This document shows, in pieces, positions 15,069 to 24,001 of a stretch of DNA of 49,700 nucleotides (its first letter is position 1; every line of letters starts with the position of its first letter). The stretch comes from Actinomycetota bacterium (GTDB taxonomy: Bacteria > Actinomycetota > Thermoleophilia > Solirubrobacterales > Thermoleophilaceae), in assembly GCA_046729895.1 (NCBI GenBank), contig JBKPHP010000056.1, positions 1 through 49,700 on the forward strand, read 5' to 3'. Below the pieces are notes generated by a model, which was not told the DNA's origin, ran no database searches, and saw only the letters and a program-made list of their open reading frames with translations. The position numbers and the translations under genes were made by a program.

Positions 15069-15665
15069 TCAGCTCGCGAAGGCGCCGAGCGCGTCCCGCG
15101 CGCCACCTACCAGCGGATCGCCGTGAGCGAGCGCCAGGTTGTCGAACTCGTACCGCTCGCATAACCCGCGGTAGGCGGCCCGCAGCCCCTCCTTGACGCC
15201 CTCCGGGTCGTCGCCGAGCAGGGAGTCCGGCACGAAGGAGAGCTTGCCGCCACTCCGGATCACGCCGTCGGCCACTGCCATCAACCCGGCGTCGGCGAAA
15301 TGGAGCGCCGCCTCGTCCGGGCAGATCGCGCCGACCTCCAGCGCGGTGACCCCCGGGGCGACCTCCTCGCCGAATGCGAACCCCTGGACCTGGGGCCCGT
15401 ACTCGTACTCGTGAAGGCCGGGCTCCGAGCAGAGGACCGGGCAGCCGAACTCCTCCACGAAGCGCCCGGACTGGCGGTAGTGGTGGCGGTTCGTGAGCAG
15501 GATCCGCTCGGGCCTGCGCTCGCGCTCGAACCAGTCAAGCCCTTCGTCCGGCAGCATCGGGTCGAGTAGAGCGCGGGGCCCCGCCAGGAAGTGGGAGTGG
15601 ACGTTCTGCCGGATCCCCTCGTGGTAGGCCGTCCAGTGCCAGACGCCGGGAACGATCTCCTCCAT
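15069..15665 (-). CDS. MBL-fold-like protein with a degenerate metal motif
   Basis: 198 aa. N-terminal VWHWTAYHEG... and LLTNRHHYRQ where HxHxDH is expected. Overall it resembles small actinobacterial MBL-fold proteins. Confidence 0.7.
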   Translation of the reverse strand: MEEIVPGVWHWTAYHEGIRQNVHSHFLAGPRALLDPMLPDEGLDWFERERRPERILLTNRHHYRQSGRFVEEFGCPVLCSEPGLHEYEYGPQVQGFAFGEEVAPGVTALEVGAICPDEAALHFADAGLMAVADGVIRSGGKLSFVPDSLLGDDPEGVKEGLRAAYRGLCERYEFDNLALAHGDPLVGGARDALGAFAS

Positions 15666-15796
15666 CGGCTCGGAGAGTAATCCTCGCGAGAAGCAGCGCG
15701 AGAGGTGGGACCGCGACGACGCCCGTCAGCACGAGGAACCAGACCGCGCGGTGTAGGGGCAGCCTAAGACCTAGCTAAGAGGGCCCGTGGGACCGC

Positions 15797-16495
15797 ATGA
15801 CAGCGGTCACAATGGGCCTCGTGCGAATCCTGGTGGTAGATGACGATCGCTCGCTGCGGGACGCCCTGCGTCGAGCCTTGACTCTGGGTGGGTACGACGT
15901 GCAGAGCGCCGAAGGGGGCCAGCAGGGCCTCACCCAGGTCGCGGCGGCCGGGCCGGACGCCGTGGTGCTCGACGTAGGGATGCCGGACATCGACGGGCTC
16001 GAGGTCTGCCGGCGGGTTCGCGCGACCGGCAACCGGGTGCCGATCCTGATGCTCACGGCCCGCGATGCGATCTCCGACCGCATCGATGGCCTGGACGCCG
16101 GCGCCGACGACTACCTGGTCAAGCCCTTCGACGTGGGGGAGCTGAAGGCGCGGCTGCGCGCGCTGCTGCGCCGCGCCGGGAGCGAGGGGGACCCCGATGC
16201 GGTCTCCTACGAGGAGCTGCAGCTCGACAGCGCCCGCCACGGCGTGAGCGTCGCCGACAGCTTCGTGGAGCTGACCCGGACCGAGTACCAGCTACTGGAG
16301 CTGTTGATGCTCAACCCGAAGCGCGTCCTCCCCCACAGCCTGATCTACGACCGCGTCTGGGGCTACGACTTCGGCCCCTCGTCCAACGCCCTGCGTGTCT
16401 ACATCGGCTACCTCAGGCGCAAGCTGGAAGAGGCCGGCGCGCGGCCGCTCATCCACACCGTTCGCGGCGTGGGGTACGTGCTGCGCGAGCCGTGA
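15797..16495 (+). CDS. OmpR/PhoB-family response regulator
   Basis: Receiver motifs ILVVDDD, VLDVGMPDIDG and ADDYLVKPF, plus a winged-helix C-terminus (LTRTEYQLLELL...VRGVGYVL). The start could be 15797 or an internal ATG/GTG a few codons later. Confidence 0.9.
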   Translation: MTAVTMGLVRILVVDDDRSLRDALRRALTLGGYDVQSAEGGQQGLTQVAAAGPDAVVLDVGMPDIDGLEVCRRVRATGNRVPILMLTARDAISDRIDGLDAGADDYLVKPFDVGELKARLRALLRRAGSEGDPDAVSYEELQLDSARHGVSVADSFVELTRTEYQLLELLMLNPKRVLPHSLIYDRVWGYDFGPSSNALRVYIGYLRRKLEEAGARPLIHTVRGVGYVLREP

Positions 16496-17892
16496 GCCTT
16501 CGCGGCAGGATCGCGCTGGTCGCCGGCATCGCAGTGGCCGTCGCCGTGGCCGGCGTCGCCGCAGGCTCCTACGCGGCGGTGCGTTCCCAGCTACGCGGCG
16601 AGATCGACGACTCGCTGCGCGACCGGGCGCAGTTCTACGTGCACCGGCCAGAGGGCGGTGGGGGCCGGCCGGAGGGGGGTCCCCAGGAGGAGCCGCGGCA
16701 TCAAGGCGGCGGTCCTGGGCGTCCTCCCGGCCCCCCCGACCTGTCTCGGGGGCCGGCGCCGGCATTCGGCGGCGCCGCGGGCTACGTGCAGGTGGTGAGT
16801 ACCGACGGCAGCGTGGTGCGCGAGCCCGGCGAGAGGTCGTCCCTCCCGGTGCAGGCTCGGGTCCGCGAGATCGCACGGCGCGGATCCGGCAGCGAGTTCG
16901 CCGACATGCACGTGAAGGGGACCCACGTGCGAGTCCTCACCACCGGAATCGGGAGCGAGGGCGCCGTCCAGGTCGCGCGGCCACTCGATGAGGTCGACCA
17001 CACGCTGAGCAGGCTGGCGCTGATACTGGTGGTCTCGCTGGCGGCGGGGATCGCGCTCGCGGTGGCTCTCGGAGCGGGTGTTGCGCGCGCCGCGCTAGAA
17101 CCGATCCGCCGCTTCACGAACCGCACCGAGACCCTCAGCGCCGGACTCGACCTGTCCGAGCGGATCGAGGCCGACGGCAAGGACGAGCTCGCCCGGCTCG
17201 CCCACAGCTTCAATACCACCCTCGACGCGCTCGAGAGGTCGGTGCAGGCGCAGCGCCATCTGGTGGCGGACGCGAGCCACGAGCTCCGCACCCCGATCGC
17301 CAGCCTCCGGGCGAACATCCAGGTGCTCGAGGAGGCGGACCGGCTGCCCGGGAAGGACCGCGAGAGCCTGCGAGCAGACATCATCGAGGAGCTCGACGAG
17401 CTCACGTCGCTTGTCTCCGACGTGGTCGAGCTCGCGCGGGGCACTAAGGCCGAGGAGGAGCTCGACGAGGTCCGGCTTGACCGGGTAGTCGAGGCGGTGG
17501 TGGACCGTGCCCGACGCCGCGCGGGCGACGGCAACACGTTCCAGCTGCAGCTCGAGCCCACCGTGGTGCAAGGTGAGCCCGAGCGCATCGGCCGGGCGGT
17601 CTCGAACCTGCTTGACAATGCGCGCAAATGGAGCCCGCCCGGCGGCCCGATCGAGGTTGAACTCGCCGGCGGAACACTGACGGTTCGGGATCACGGCCCG
17701 GGCTTCGACGACGAAGACCTACCGCACGTCTTCGATCGCTTCTACCGGGCGAAGGACGCGCGCGGGCGGCCGGGCTCGGGTCTCGGTCTCGCCATCGTCC
17801 GCCACGCGGCCGAGGCCCGCGGGGGAAAGGCGGCGGCGGCCAACGCTCCCGACGGCGGGGCGGTACTGCGCGTGAGCTTCGGTCAGGACTGA
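16492..17892 (+). CDS. sensor histidine kinase (two TM helices, HAMP, HisKA, HATPase_c)
   Basis: H-box ADASHELRTPIASL, N-box LLDNARKW, and the G-boxes DHGPGF and GSGLGLAIV. The extracytoplasmic loop is Gly/Pro-rich. 4-bp GTGA overlap with the response regulator. Confidence 0.9.
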   Translation: MSLRGRIALVAGIAVAVAVAGVAAGSYAAVRSQLRGEIDDSLRDRAQFYVHRPEGGGGRPEGGPQEEPRHQGGGPGRPPGPPDLSRGPAPAFGGAAGYVQVVSTDGSVVREPGERSSLPVQARVREIARRGSGSEFADMHVKGTHVRVLTTGIGSEGAVQVARPLDEVDHTLSRLALILVVSLAAGIALAVALGAGVARAALEPIRRFTNRTETLSAGLDLSERIEADGKDELARLAHSFNTTLDALERSVQAQRHLVADASHELRTPIASLRANIQVLEEADRLPGKDRESLRADIIEELDELTSLVSDVVELARGTKAEEELDEVRLDRVVEAVVDRARRRAGDGNTFQLQLEPTVVQGEPERIGRAVSNLLDNARKWSPPGGPIEVELAGGTLTVRDHGPGFDDEDLPHVFDRFYRAKDARGRPGSGLGLAIVRHAAEARGGKAAAANAPDGGAVLRVSFGQD

Positions 17893-18048
17893 GCGGTCGT
17901 CACCGGCGCAGGTGCCGGGCGGTATGGCCCGGAGGCTGGCTGGTCGTCCTTGCCGGTTCTTCGCCTCCTCTTATGCGGCGCTGCACCAGGTCTTAGCTCG
18001 CGCCAGTTGTCTGCACGAAGTCAGAGACAGCGTGCAAAGGAGGACTGG

Positions 18049-18486
18049 ATGTTCAAGCAGGTGCAAAAGGGGATAGCGGGCGTTGCTGTGCTCGCCGCCA
18101 TTGCGGTCGGCGCCGCGGCAGTCGCCGGCGCCGCGTCCGACGACCGGTCCGGCTCCGGCTCCGTTTCAGGCTCCGGTTCCAGATCGGCGGACCCGATCGG
18201 GCACGGGCCTGGCGAGACGCTGCTGACGGGCGAGACCGCGGACAAGGTCAGGAAGGCGGCGGAGGAGAAGGTCCCCGGCGGCACCATCCTGCGCCTCGAG
18301 ACCGACTCCGACGGCTCGCCCTACGAGGCTCACGTCCGCAAGTCGAACGGAGGGGAGGTCGTCGTCAAGGTCAACAAGGACTTCGAGGTGACCGACGTGC
18401 AGAGCTTCGGCGGCCCGGGAGCGCCGGGGCACGGTCGCTCCGGCGCCGGATACCCGGCGGGGCCACCGGCCACGTCCTCCTACTAG
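18049..18486 (+). CDS. secreted PepSY-like domain protein
   Basis: The ATG at 18049 follows AAGGAGGA. It has a signal-like helix (IAGVAVLAAIAVGAAAVAGAAS) and a PepSY-like core (GGTILRLETDSDGSPYEAHVRKSNGGEVVVKVNKDFEV). Confidence 0.7.
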   Translation: MFKQVQKGIAGVAVLAAIAVGAAAVAGAASDDRSGSGSVSGSGSRSADPIGHGPGETLLTGETADKVRKAAEEKVPGGTILRLETDSDGSPYEAHVRKSNGGEVVVKVNKDFEVTDVQSFGGPGAPGHGRSGAGYPAGPPATSSY

Positions 18487-18497
18487 CGGCCGTCGCC

Positions 18498-18532
18498 CCG
18501 TCTGGGGCAGCGCAAGGCTGCCGCCCAGACGG
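18498..18532. terminator. hairpin between convergent genes
   Basis: ccgtctggg (18498-18506) pairs with cccagacgg (18524-18532), enclosing an inner gcagc/gctgc stem. Confidence 0.4.
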
Positions 18533-18571
18533 GCGGTTTGGGCGGCCGCCCGCCCCCAAACCGGCAAACGT

Positions 18572-18595
18572 CGAGCCCGGCTTCGGCCGGGCTCG
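18572..18595. terminator. 10-bp stem with TTCG tetraloop between convergent genes
   Basis: cgagcccggc-ttcg-gccgggctcg is perfect. A third short stem (ggtttggg/cccaaacc) lies between the two listed hairpins. Confidence 0.5.
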
Positions 18596-18635
18596 ATCTG
18601 ACTTCAGGCGGCGGACACGCCCGGCTGCCTCACGC

Positions 18636-19691
18636 TCACAGGCGCCGGAGGCCGGGCGCGGCGGCGAGGAGCTCGTAGGGCAGCGCCTCGGCGCGATTGC
18701 CGTCGCGGCCCTCCATGGGCTCCGCCGAGCAGAGCGAGTTCCACACCGCCTCCACCGACACCTCCATGGCCGCCTCGAACAGCGCGCGCATTGCCCGCGA
18801 GTCGTCGCGCAGGAAGCGGAACTCCTCGTACTGCTCCTCGCTTCGGTGTGGAAGCCGGTGCGCGGTAGAGAAGGCGAGTACGTACTCGCCGCTAGCGTTC
18901 GCGGCGAAACTGCCGGCCCGCGCCAGGCCCAGGGCACCGCGGACGGCCAGCCTGCCGAGCTGGCGCTCGGAGAGCGGCGCGTCCGTGGCGAGCACGACGA
19001 TGGCCGACCCGCCCTGGGCCGGGGGCTCCGGCGAGGGCGTGCCGGGCGCCGCTGAGCCGAGCAACAGGTGCGCGTCCCGGGGCGCGCCGTAGTTGGTGAG
19101 CACGAGGCAGCCGAGCGCGGCGCCTTCTTCGATCAGGCGGGAGGAGCCGCCCACGCCGGACTTGAACCCGAAGCAGGTGGTACCGGTGCCCGCTCCCACC
19201 GCCCCCTCGGACGCGTCCTCCTCGCTTGCCGCGGCGATCGCCTCCAGCGCGTGGTCGGCTCGCACGTGAAGCCCCCGGCAGTCGTTCAGCCAGCCGTCGA
19301 AGCACTCACCGACCACGATGTTGACGGTGTCGCGGTCGACGGCGGCGTTCGGATTGAGCTCCAGCAGCCAGCGCAACCCTCCCTCCCACACCGGGCCCAC
19401 GGACACGGTGCTGGTGAGCAGGATCGGGCTCTCGAGCGTGCCGAGCTCCTCGAGCTGGCTGAGCCCCGCCGCCTTGCCGTAGCCGTTCACGACATGGCAA
19501 GCGGCGAACACCTTCTCCGCGTAGGGATCGCCGCCGTGCGGCAGGATCGCCGTCACTCCGGTGCGGATCGAGTCGTCCACGGCCAGCGTCACGTGGCCGA
19601 CCCGCACCCCGGTAACGTCGACGAGAGCGTTCCGTGGGCCGGGCGGGAACCGGCCCACGGCGTAGCCGAGCTCGCGGAGCCGCCGTCGCAC
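18636..19691 (-). CDS. DmpA/S58 (P1) family aminopeptidase
   Basis: 351 aa from the GTG at 19691. N-terminal GRFPPGPRNALVDVTGVRVGHVT and the self-processing region GAVGAGTGTTCFGFKSGVGGSS are characteristic of this family. The longer tracked ORF would run antisense through the kinase gene. Confidence 0.85.
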   Translation of the reverse strand: MRRRLRELGYAVGRFPPGPRNALVDVTGVRVGHVTLAVDDSIRTGVTAILPHGGDPYAEKVFAACHVVNGYGKAAGLSQLEELGTLESPILLTSTVSVGPVWEGGLRWLLELNPNAAVDRDTVNIVVGECFDGWLNDCRGLHVRADHALEAIAAASEEDASEGAVGAGTGTTCFGFKSGVGGSSRLIEEGAALGCLVLTNYGAPRDAHLLLGSAAPGTPSPEPPAQGGSAIVVLATDAPLSERQLGRLAVRGALGLARAGSFAANASGEYVLAFSTAHRLPHRSEEQYEEFRFLRDDSRAMRALFEAAMEVSVEAVWNSLCSAEPMEGRDGNRAEALPYELLAAAPGLRRL

Positions 19692-19709
19692 GGGTGAAAG
19701 GATGCCCCG

Positions 19710-20699
19710 GTGAGCGTCATCGTCACACGTGCCCCCCTTCGGGTGGCGCTGGGAGGTGGCGGGACGGACCTCCCCTCGCACTACCGCCGGCACGGCGGGT
19801 TCGTGGTCTCGGCGGCGATCGACAAGTACGTCCACATGGTCACGAGCCTCGCGTTCAGGCCCCGCTACGTCCTGAAGCACCTCGAGCGGGAGGAGGCCGA
19901 GACCCCCGAGGAGATCCGGCACCCCATCCTGCGGGCGGCGCTCTCCCGCCATTGGGACGGTCGCCCGCTCGAGATAGCTTCGGGGTCTGACGTGCCGCCC
20001 GGCACCGGGCTGGGCTCCTCCGGCGCCTACACGGTATGTGTGCTCAAGTCACTCAACCTGGCCTCGGGCAGGCGCTCCGCTCCCGGCGAGCTGGCCGAGG
20101 CCGCCTGCGAGATCGAGATCGACGTGCTGGGTAGAACCGTCGGGAAGCAGGACCAGTACGCCGCGGCCCACGGCGGCGTCCGCGCCTACACCTTCAACCC
20201 GGACGACAGCGTGGACGTACGCGTGCTGGCGCTCTCCCGGGAAGTCAGCGCCGCCTTGCACGACGAGTTCCTCCTCTTCTACACGGGCAGCGAGCGGTCC
20301 GCCTCGGATGTGCTCTCCCACCAGGTCCGCCGCACGCTCGCCGGCGACCAGGAGGTCGAGCGCAACCTCGCCCGGACGGAGGAGCTGGCGCGACAGAGCT
20401 GCGCGGCGCTCGAGGCAGGCGAGCTCGGGCGACTGGCGCAGCTCATGGATGAGCAGTGGGAGGTCAAGCGCGCTCGCGCGCCGGGCGCGGTGACCCCGGA
20501 GATCGAGAAGCTACGGGAGCGCGCCAAGCGCGCGGGCGCACTCGGCGTGATGCTCGTGGGCGCCGGCGGAGGCGGCTTCCTCCTGGTCTACACGCGCGCG
20601 CCGGCGGAGACGCGGGCGGCGATGAAGGACGTGGGCGCTCCGGAGCTCCGCTTCGAGGTCGAGGAGCAGGGCTGCCGCGCGGTCAACCCTCCGCCGTAG
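19710..20699 (+). CDS. GHMP-family sugar kinase (COG2605 / HddA-like)
   Basis: N-terminal TRAPLRVALGGGGTDL, the GHMP ATP motif PPGTGLGSSGA, and C-terminal GAGGGGFLL. Confidence 0.85.
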   Translation: MSVIVTRAPLRVALGGGGTDLPSHYRRHGGFVVSAAIDKYVHMVTSLAFRPRYVLKHLEREEAETPEEIRHPILRAALSRHWDGRPLEIASGSDVPPGTGLGSSGAYTVCVLKSLNLASGRRSAPGELAEAACEIEIDVLGRTVGKQDQYAAAHGGVRAYTFNPDDSVDVRVLALSREVSAALHDEFLLFYTGSERSASDVLSHQVRRTLAGDQEVERNLARTEELARQSCAALEAGELGRLAQLMDEQWEVKRARAPGAVTPEIEKLRERAKRAGALGVMLVGAGGGGFLLVYTRAPAETRAAMKDVGAPELRFEVEEQGCRAVNPPP

Positions 20700-20934
20700 C
20701 GACCCGCCCGCGGCGGCGCAGCAGCGAGCCGCCCACGAACAGCAACGAGACCACGAAGCCGGCCAGGGCCAGCAGGGCGACGACCCGGAACGACCACTGC
20801 ATCCCGGCGGCAAACGACTCGCGCACGAGCTCCACCAGGCGATCCGCGACGGTCGCGGGGAAGCGCTCCACGATCCGCGTGGCCGAGTCCGTCCCGGCGA
20901 GCACGCCGTGCACCGCGCTCAGGTCGTCCCGTTC
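20683..20934 (-). pseudogene. displaced C-terminal segment of the same MFS gene, in another frame
   Basis: The neighbouring frame reads ...ERDDLSAVHGVLAGTDSATRIVERFPATVADRLVELVRESFAAGMQWSFRVVALLALAGFVVSLLFVGG...*. That is the loop plus final TM helix expected at the end of a 14-TMS DHA2 protein. Confidence 0.6.
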
Positions 20935-22253
20935 AGCGACGCCCCGGTACTCGAGAGCTCGCCCTCGAGCTTGTCGTGTGCCGCGGTGGTGAAGATCGCC
21001 GTGGTCAGCCCGAGGCCCACGGAGCCTCCGGCTATCTGGCACATGTAAACCAGGCCGCCGGCCAGGCTCGAGCGTGACGGGTCGAGCGCGGTGACGCCGG
21101 CAGTCGTGACCGACGAGTAGAAGATGCCGACCCCGAGCCCCAGCACCACCATGCCGGGCACCAGCGCTCCGTAACCGGAGCCGCTGTCGACCAGCGAGAT
21201 CAGGAAGGGGCCCACGGCGAGGCAAGCCGCTCCCACCGACACCACGACCTTCGCTCCGAGCCGCTCGTAGAGGGGACCGGCCGCGAACGACACGACGGCG
21301 AAGGTGCCCATCATCGGCAGCAGCCCCGCGCCCGCCTCGAGCGGGTCGTAGCCGAGGAGCTTCTGCGTGAACTGGGGCAGGTACAGCAGAGCGGCGAAGA
21401 AGGTGGGTGACATCAGCACCACCGCGAGGCAGACGAACCGAAAGTCCCGGTTGCGCATGACGTCCGGGGGGATCAGGGCGCCCGGGCCGCCGCGACGCTC
21501 GATGAGCGCGAAGGCCACCAGGAGCACCGCGCACGCCGCGAGCAGCGCCACGACCCGCGGATCGCCCCAGCCCCAGTCGCTGACCTGATCCAACGCCAGC
21601 AAGAGGGCGACGAGCCCACTGGTGAGGGAGGCGACACCCGCATAGTCGATGTGGCGGTCCTGGGACTCGACCGCCGGCTGGTGGATCGCGTACCAGGTGG
21701 CGGCGCATGCCACGCCGGTGACGGGGAGGTTGACCACGAGCACCCACTGCCAGCCGAAGGAATCGGTGATCGCCCCGCCGATCAGCGGCCCGGCGGCATT
21801 GCCCAAGCCGGCTGCCCCGATGATCAGCCCGCCGGCGAGCCCGGCCCTGGACTCTGGCAGCGCGGCGTAGGTCATGCCGAGGACGGCGGGCCACATCATC
21901 GCGCCGCCGATGCCCATCAACGCCCGGCAGGCGATCAGCCAGATGTCGCTCTGTGCGAGGGCCCCGAGCAGCGAGAAGCCGGCGAACACCGCCGAGCCGA
22001 CAAAGAACACGCGCCTGCGGCCGAACAGGTCCGCGAGCCTTCCCCCCGTCACGACCAGCACCCCGAAGACCAGGGCGTAGGCGTTGATCACCCACTGCAC
22101 CGTACTCACGTCGGAGTCGAACTCGTCCTCGATGTTCGGCAGGGCGACGCTGAGGGCCGTGAAGTCGTTGGCGATCACGAAGACCGCCGCAACCATGGCC
22201 GCCAGCGCCACCACGACGCCGCCGTCCAAGCGCTCGGGCGCTTCCCCGTTCAC
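20919..22253 (-). CDS. DHA2-family (EmrB/QacA-like) MFS transporter, truncated by a frameshift before the last TM helix
   Basis: 444 aa. Motifs GRLADLFGRRRVF and LMGIGGAMMWPA, with many hydrophobic helices. It ends abruptly at ...GELSSTGASLNGTT*. Confidence 0.85.
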   Translation of the reverse strand: MNGEAPERLDGGVVVALAAMVAAVFVIANDFTALSVALPNIEDEFDSDVSTVQWVINAYALVFGVLVVTGGRLADLFGRRRVFFVGSAVFAGFSLLGALAQSDIWLIACRALMGIGGAMMWPAVLGMTYAALPESRAGLAGGLIIGAAGLGNAAGPLIGGAITDSFGWQWVLVVNLPVTGVACAATWYAIHQPAVESQDRHIDYAGVASLTSGLVALLLALDQVSDWGWGDPRVVALLAACAVLLVAFALIERRGGPGALIPPDVMRNRDFRFVCLAVVLMSPTFFAALLYLPQFTQKLLGYDPLEAGAGLLPMMGTFAVVSFAAGPLYERLGAKVVVSVGAACLAVGPFLISLVDSGSGYGALVPGMVVLGLGVGIFYSSVTTAGVTALDPSRSSLAGGLVYMCQIAGGSVGLGLTTAIFTTAAHDKLEGELSSTGASLNGTT

Positions 22254-22391
22254 GTTCCGACGACCGTAACCGCTGCCTGCGCCCTGTGCCAGAGGTGGGA
22301 GGACGGTCGCCGGCTGGGTGGCATACCTCGCGGGGAACTCGAGCCGGACGGCGGACGCCGGGCGGCGCCGCGACGGGCTAGGCTCCGAGCG

Positions 22392-23231
22392 CTGCCTGAC
22401 GCCCCGCTCCTACTCGTCGACGCGCCCTTCTTCCTCTACAGGGCGTTCCATGCGCTACCCACAAGCATCGAGGGCAGGGACGGAACGCCCGTCAACGCGC
22501 TGCTCGGCAGCACGAACGCGATTCTCGCCGCCGCCGAAGAACACGAGCCGCGCGCCGTGGTCGCGTGCTTCGGTCCGGACGCCGCCCGCTACCGCCTCGA
22601 GCTCTTCAGCGGCTACCACGCCCAGCGCCCGCCGGTGCCCGACGAGCTCGCCCCGCAGTGGGGGCAGGCCGGGCGCTTCTACCGAGCGCTGGGGTGGGAG
22701 GTGGCGGAATCCGACGAGGTGGAGGCGGACGACCTGCTCGGCTCCTACGCGGCCGAAGAGGTCGAGGCGCGCGGTCGGGCGCTGATCTTCACGGGCGACC
22801 GCGATCTCTTCCAGTGCGCCGGCGAGCGGGCGACTGTCCTGCTTGCCGCACGGGGCGGACCGCAGCTCGTCGATGCCGCCGAGGTCGAGCGCCGCTACGG
22901 AGTGACCCCCGCGCTCGTACCTGACTTCATCGCCCTCCGCGGGGACCCCTCCGATGGCATCCCGGGCGCCAAGGGCGTGGGCGCGAAGACCGCGGCGGAT
23001 ATCCTGCGCCGCCACGGCTCGCTCGAGGCGGCGCTCGAGGCGGCACCCGAGGGAACGCCGCTGGCGGCCGCGCGGGAGCGCCTGCTTGCCTTCAAGGAGA
23101 TAGCCACGCTGCGGCGCTTGCCTGTCGAGCGGCCGTCCGACCGGCCGACGGACTACGCCCGCGGAGCCGAAGCGGCCCGCGAGCTCGGTCTGAATCGCTT
23201 GGCGGAGCGGCTGGCTAGGCGCCCGGCTTAG
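22392..23231 (+). CDS. stand-alone 5'-3' exonuclease / FEN-like nuclease (Pol I N-terminal domain family)
   Basis: LLLVDAPFFLYRAFHA, FGPDAARYR, EADDLLGS, IFTGDRDLFQ and an H3TH region (VPDFIALRGDPSDGIPGAKGVGAKTA). No ATG/GTG/TTG lies in frame between the MFS start (22253) and the conserved N-terminus. I place the start at CTG 22392. Confidence 0.75.
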   Translation: MPDAPLLLVDAPFFLYRAFHALPTSIEGRDGTPVNALLGSTNAILAAAEEHEPRAVVACFGPDAARYRLELFSGYHAQRPPVPDELAPQWGQAGRFYRALGWEVAESDEVEADDLLGSYAAEEVEARGRALIFTGDRDLFQCAGERATVLLAARGGPQLVDAAEVERRYGVTPALVPDFIALRGDPSDGIPGAKGVGAKTAADILRRHGSLEAALEAAPEGTPLAAARERLLAFKEIATLRRLPVERPSDRPTDYARGAEAARELGLNRLAERLARRPA

Positions 23232-23292
23232 GGCCGGCTTGCGGCATGCCGTCTCATCTCACGCTCACGATTCGCTGTCATCCTGGCCATGG

Positions 23293-23973
23293 ATGAGGGT
23301 CCTGGTAGTCGAAGATGAGCTGAAGATGGCGGGCCTCATCCGGCGTGGGCTCCGCGAGGAGGGGCTTGCCGCCGACGTGGCCGTCAAGGGCGAGGACGCC
23401 CTTTGGATGGCGCAGGCCACCGAGTACGACGCGATCGTGCTCGACGTGATGCTGCCGGGGATAGACGGCCTTGAGACCTGCAGCCGTCTGCGCGAGGCCG
23501 GGGTCTGGACGCCGATCCTCGTGCTGACCGCGCGAGACGCTGTCGAGGATCGGGTCGCGGGTCTCGATGGCGGGGCCGACGACTATCTCACCAAGCCCTT
23601 CTCGTTCGCGGAGCTGCTCGCGCGCCTGCGCGCGCTCGTCCGTCGCGGGCCCGTCGAACGCGCCGTCGTCCTCCAGGTTGGCGATCTCCATCTGGACCCC
23701 GCCACCCACAGGGTGTGGCGCGGCGAGAAGGAGATCTTCCTGTCCGCGAAGGAGTTCGCCCTGCTGGAGGCGTTCATGCGCCGGCCGGGCCAGGTTCTGT
23801 CGCGCTACCGGCTGCTCGAGCACGCCTGGGACTACGACTACGAGAACCGCTCCAACGTCGTCGACGTCTACGTGCGCTACCTGCGCGAGAAGGTCGATCG
23901 CCCGTTCGGCGTCGAGTCGATCGAGACCGTGCGCGGCGCCGGCTACCGCATGCGCGCCGACGCCGGGGCCTGA
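23293..23973 (+). CDS. OmpR-family response regulator (CusR/CopR-like subgroup)
   Basis: MRVLVVEDELKMAGLIRRGL...YDAIVLDVMLPGIDG...ADDYLTKPF, with a winged-helix C-terminus (LSAKEFALLEAF...VRGAGYRM). Confidence 0.9.
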   Translation: MRVLVVEDELKMAGLIRRGLREEGLAADVAVKGEDALWMAQATEYDAIVLDVMLPGIDGLETCSRLREAGVWTPILVLTARDAVEDRVAGLDGGADDYLTKPFSFAELLARLRALVRRGPVERAVVLQVGDLHLDPATHRVWRGEKEIFLSAKEFALLEAFMRRPGQVLSRYRLLEHAWDYDYENRSNVVDVYVRYLREKVDRPFGVESIETVRGAGYRMRADAGA

Positions 23974-24001
23974 CGGCTACCTGAGCAGTCCCGTCAGCCG
24001 C

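Noticed and set aside
14915-15196. 93-codon plus ORF and 88-codon minus ORF in the 312-bp gap upstream of the ECF gene
   Set aside because: Both are extremely Arg-rich with no SD. They partly overlap the MBL-like gene, and the region is better explained as promoter and terminator space.
21651-22391. 5' extension of the exonuclease ORF (the tracked ORF is 526 codons)
   Set aside because: It runs antisense through the MFS transporter gene, is rich in His/Asp/Arg/Gly, and shows no nuclease similarity before residue 247 or so.
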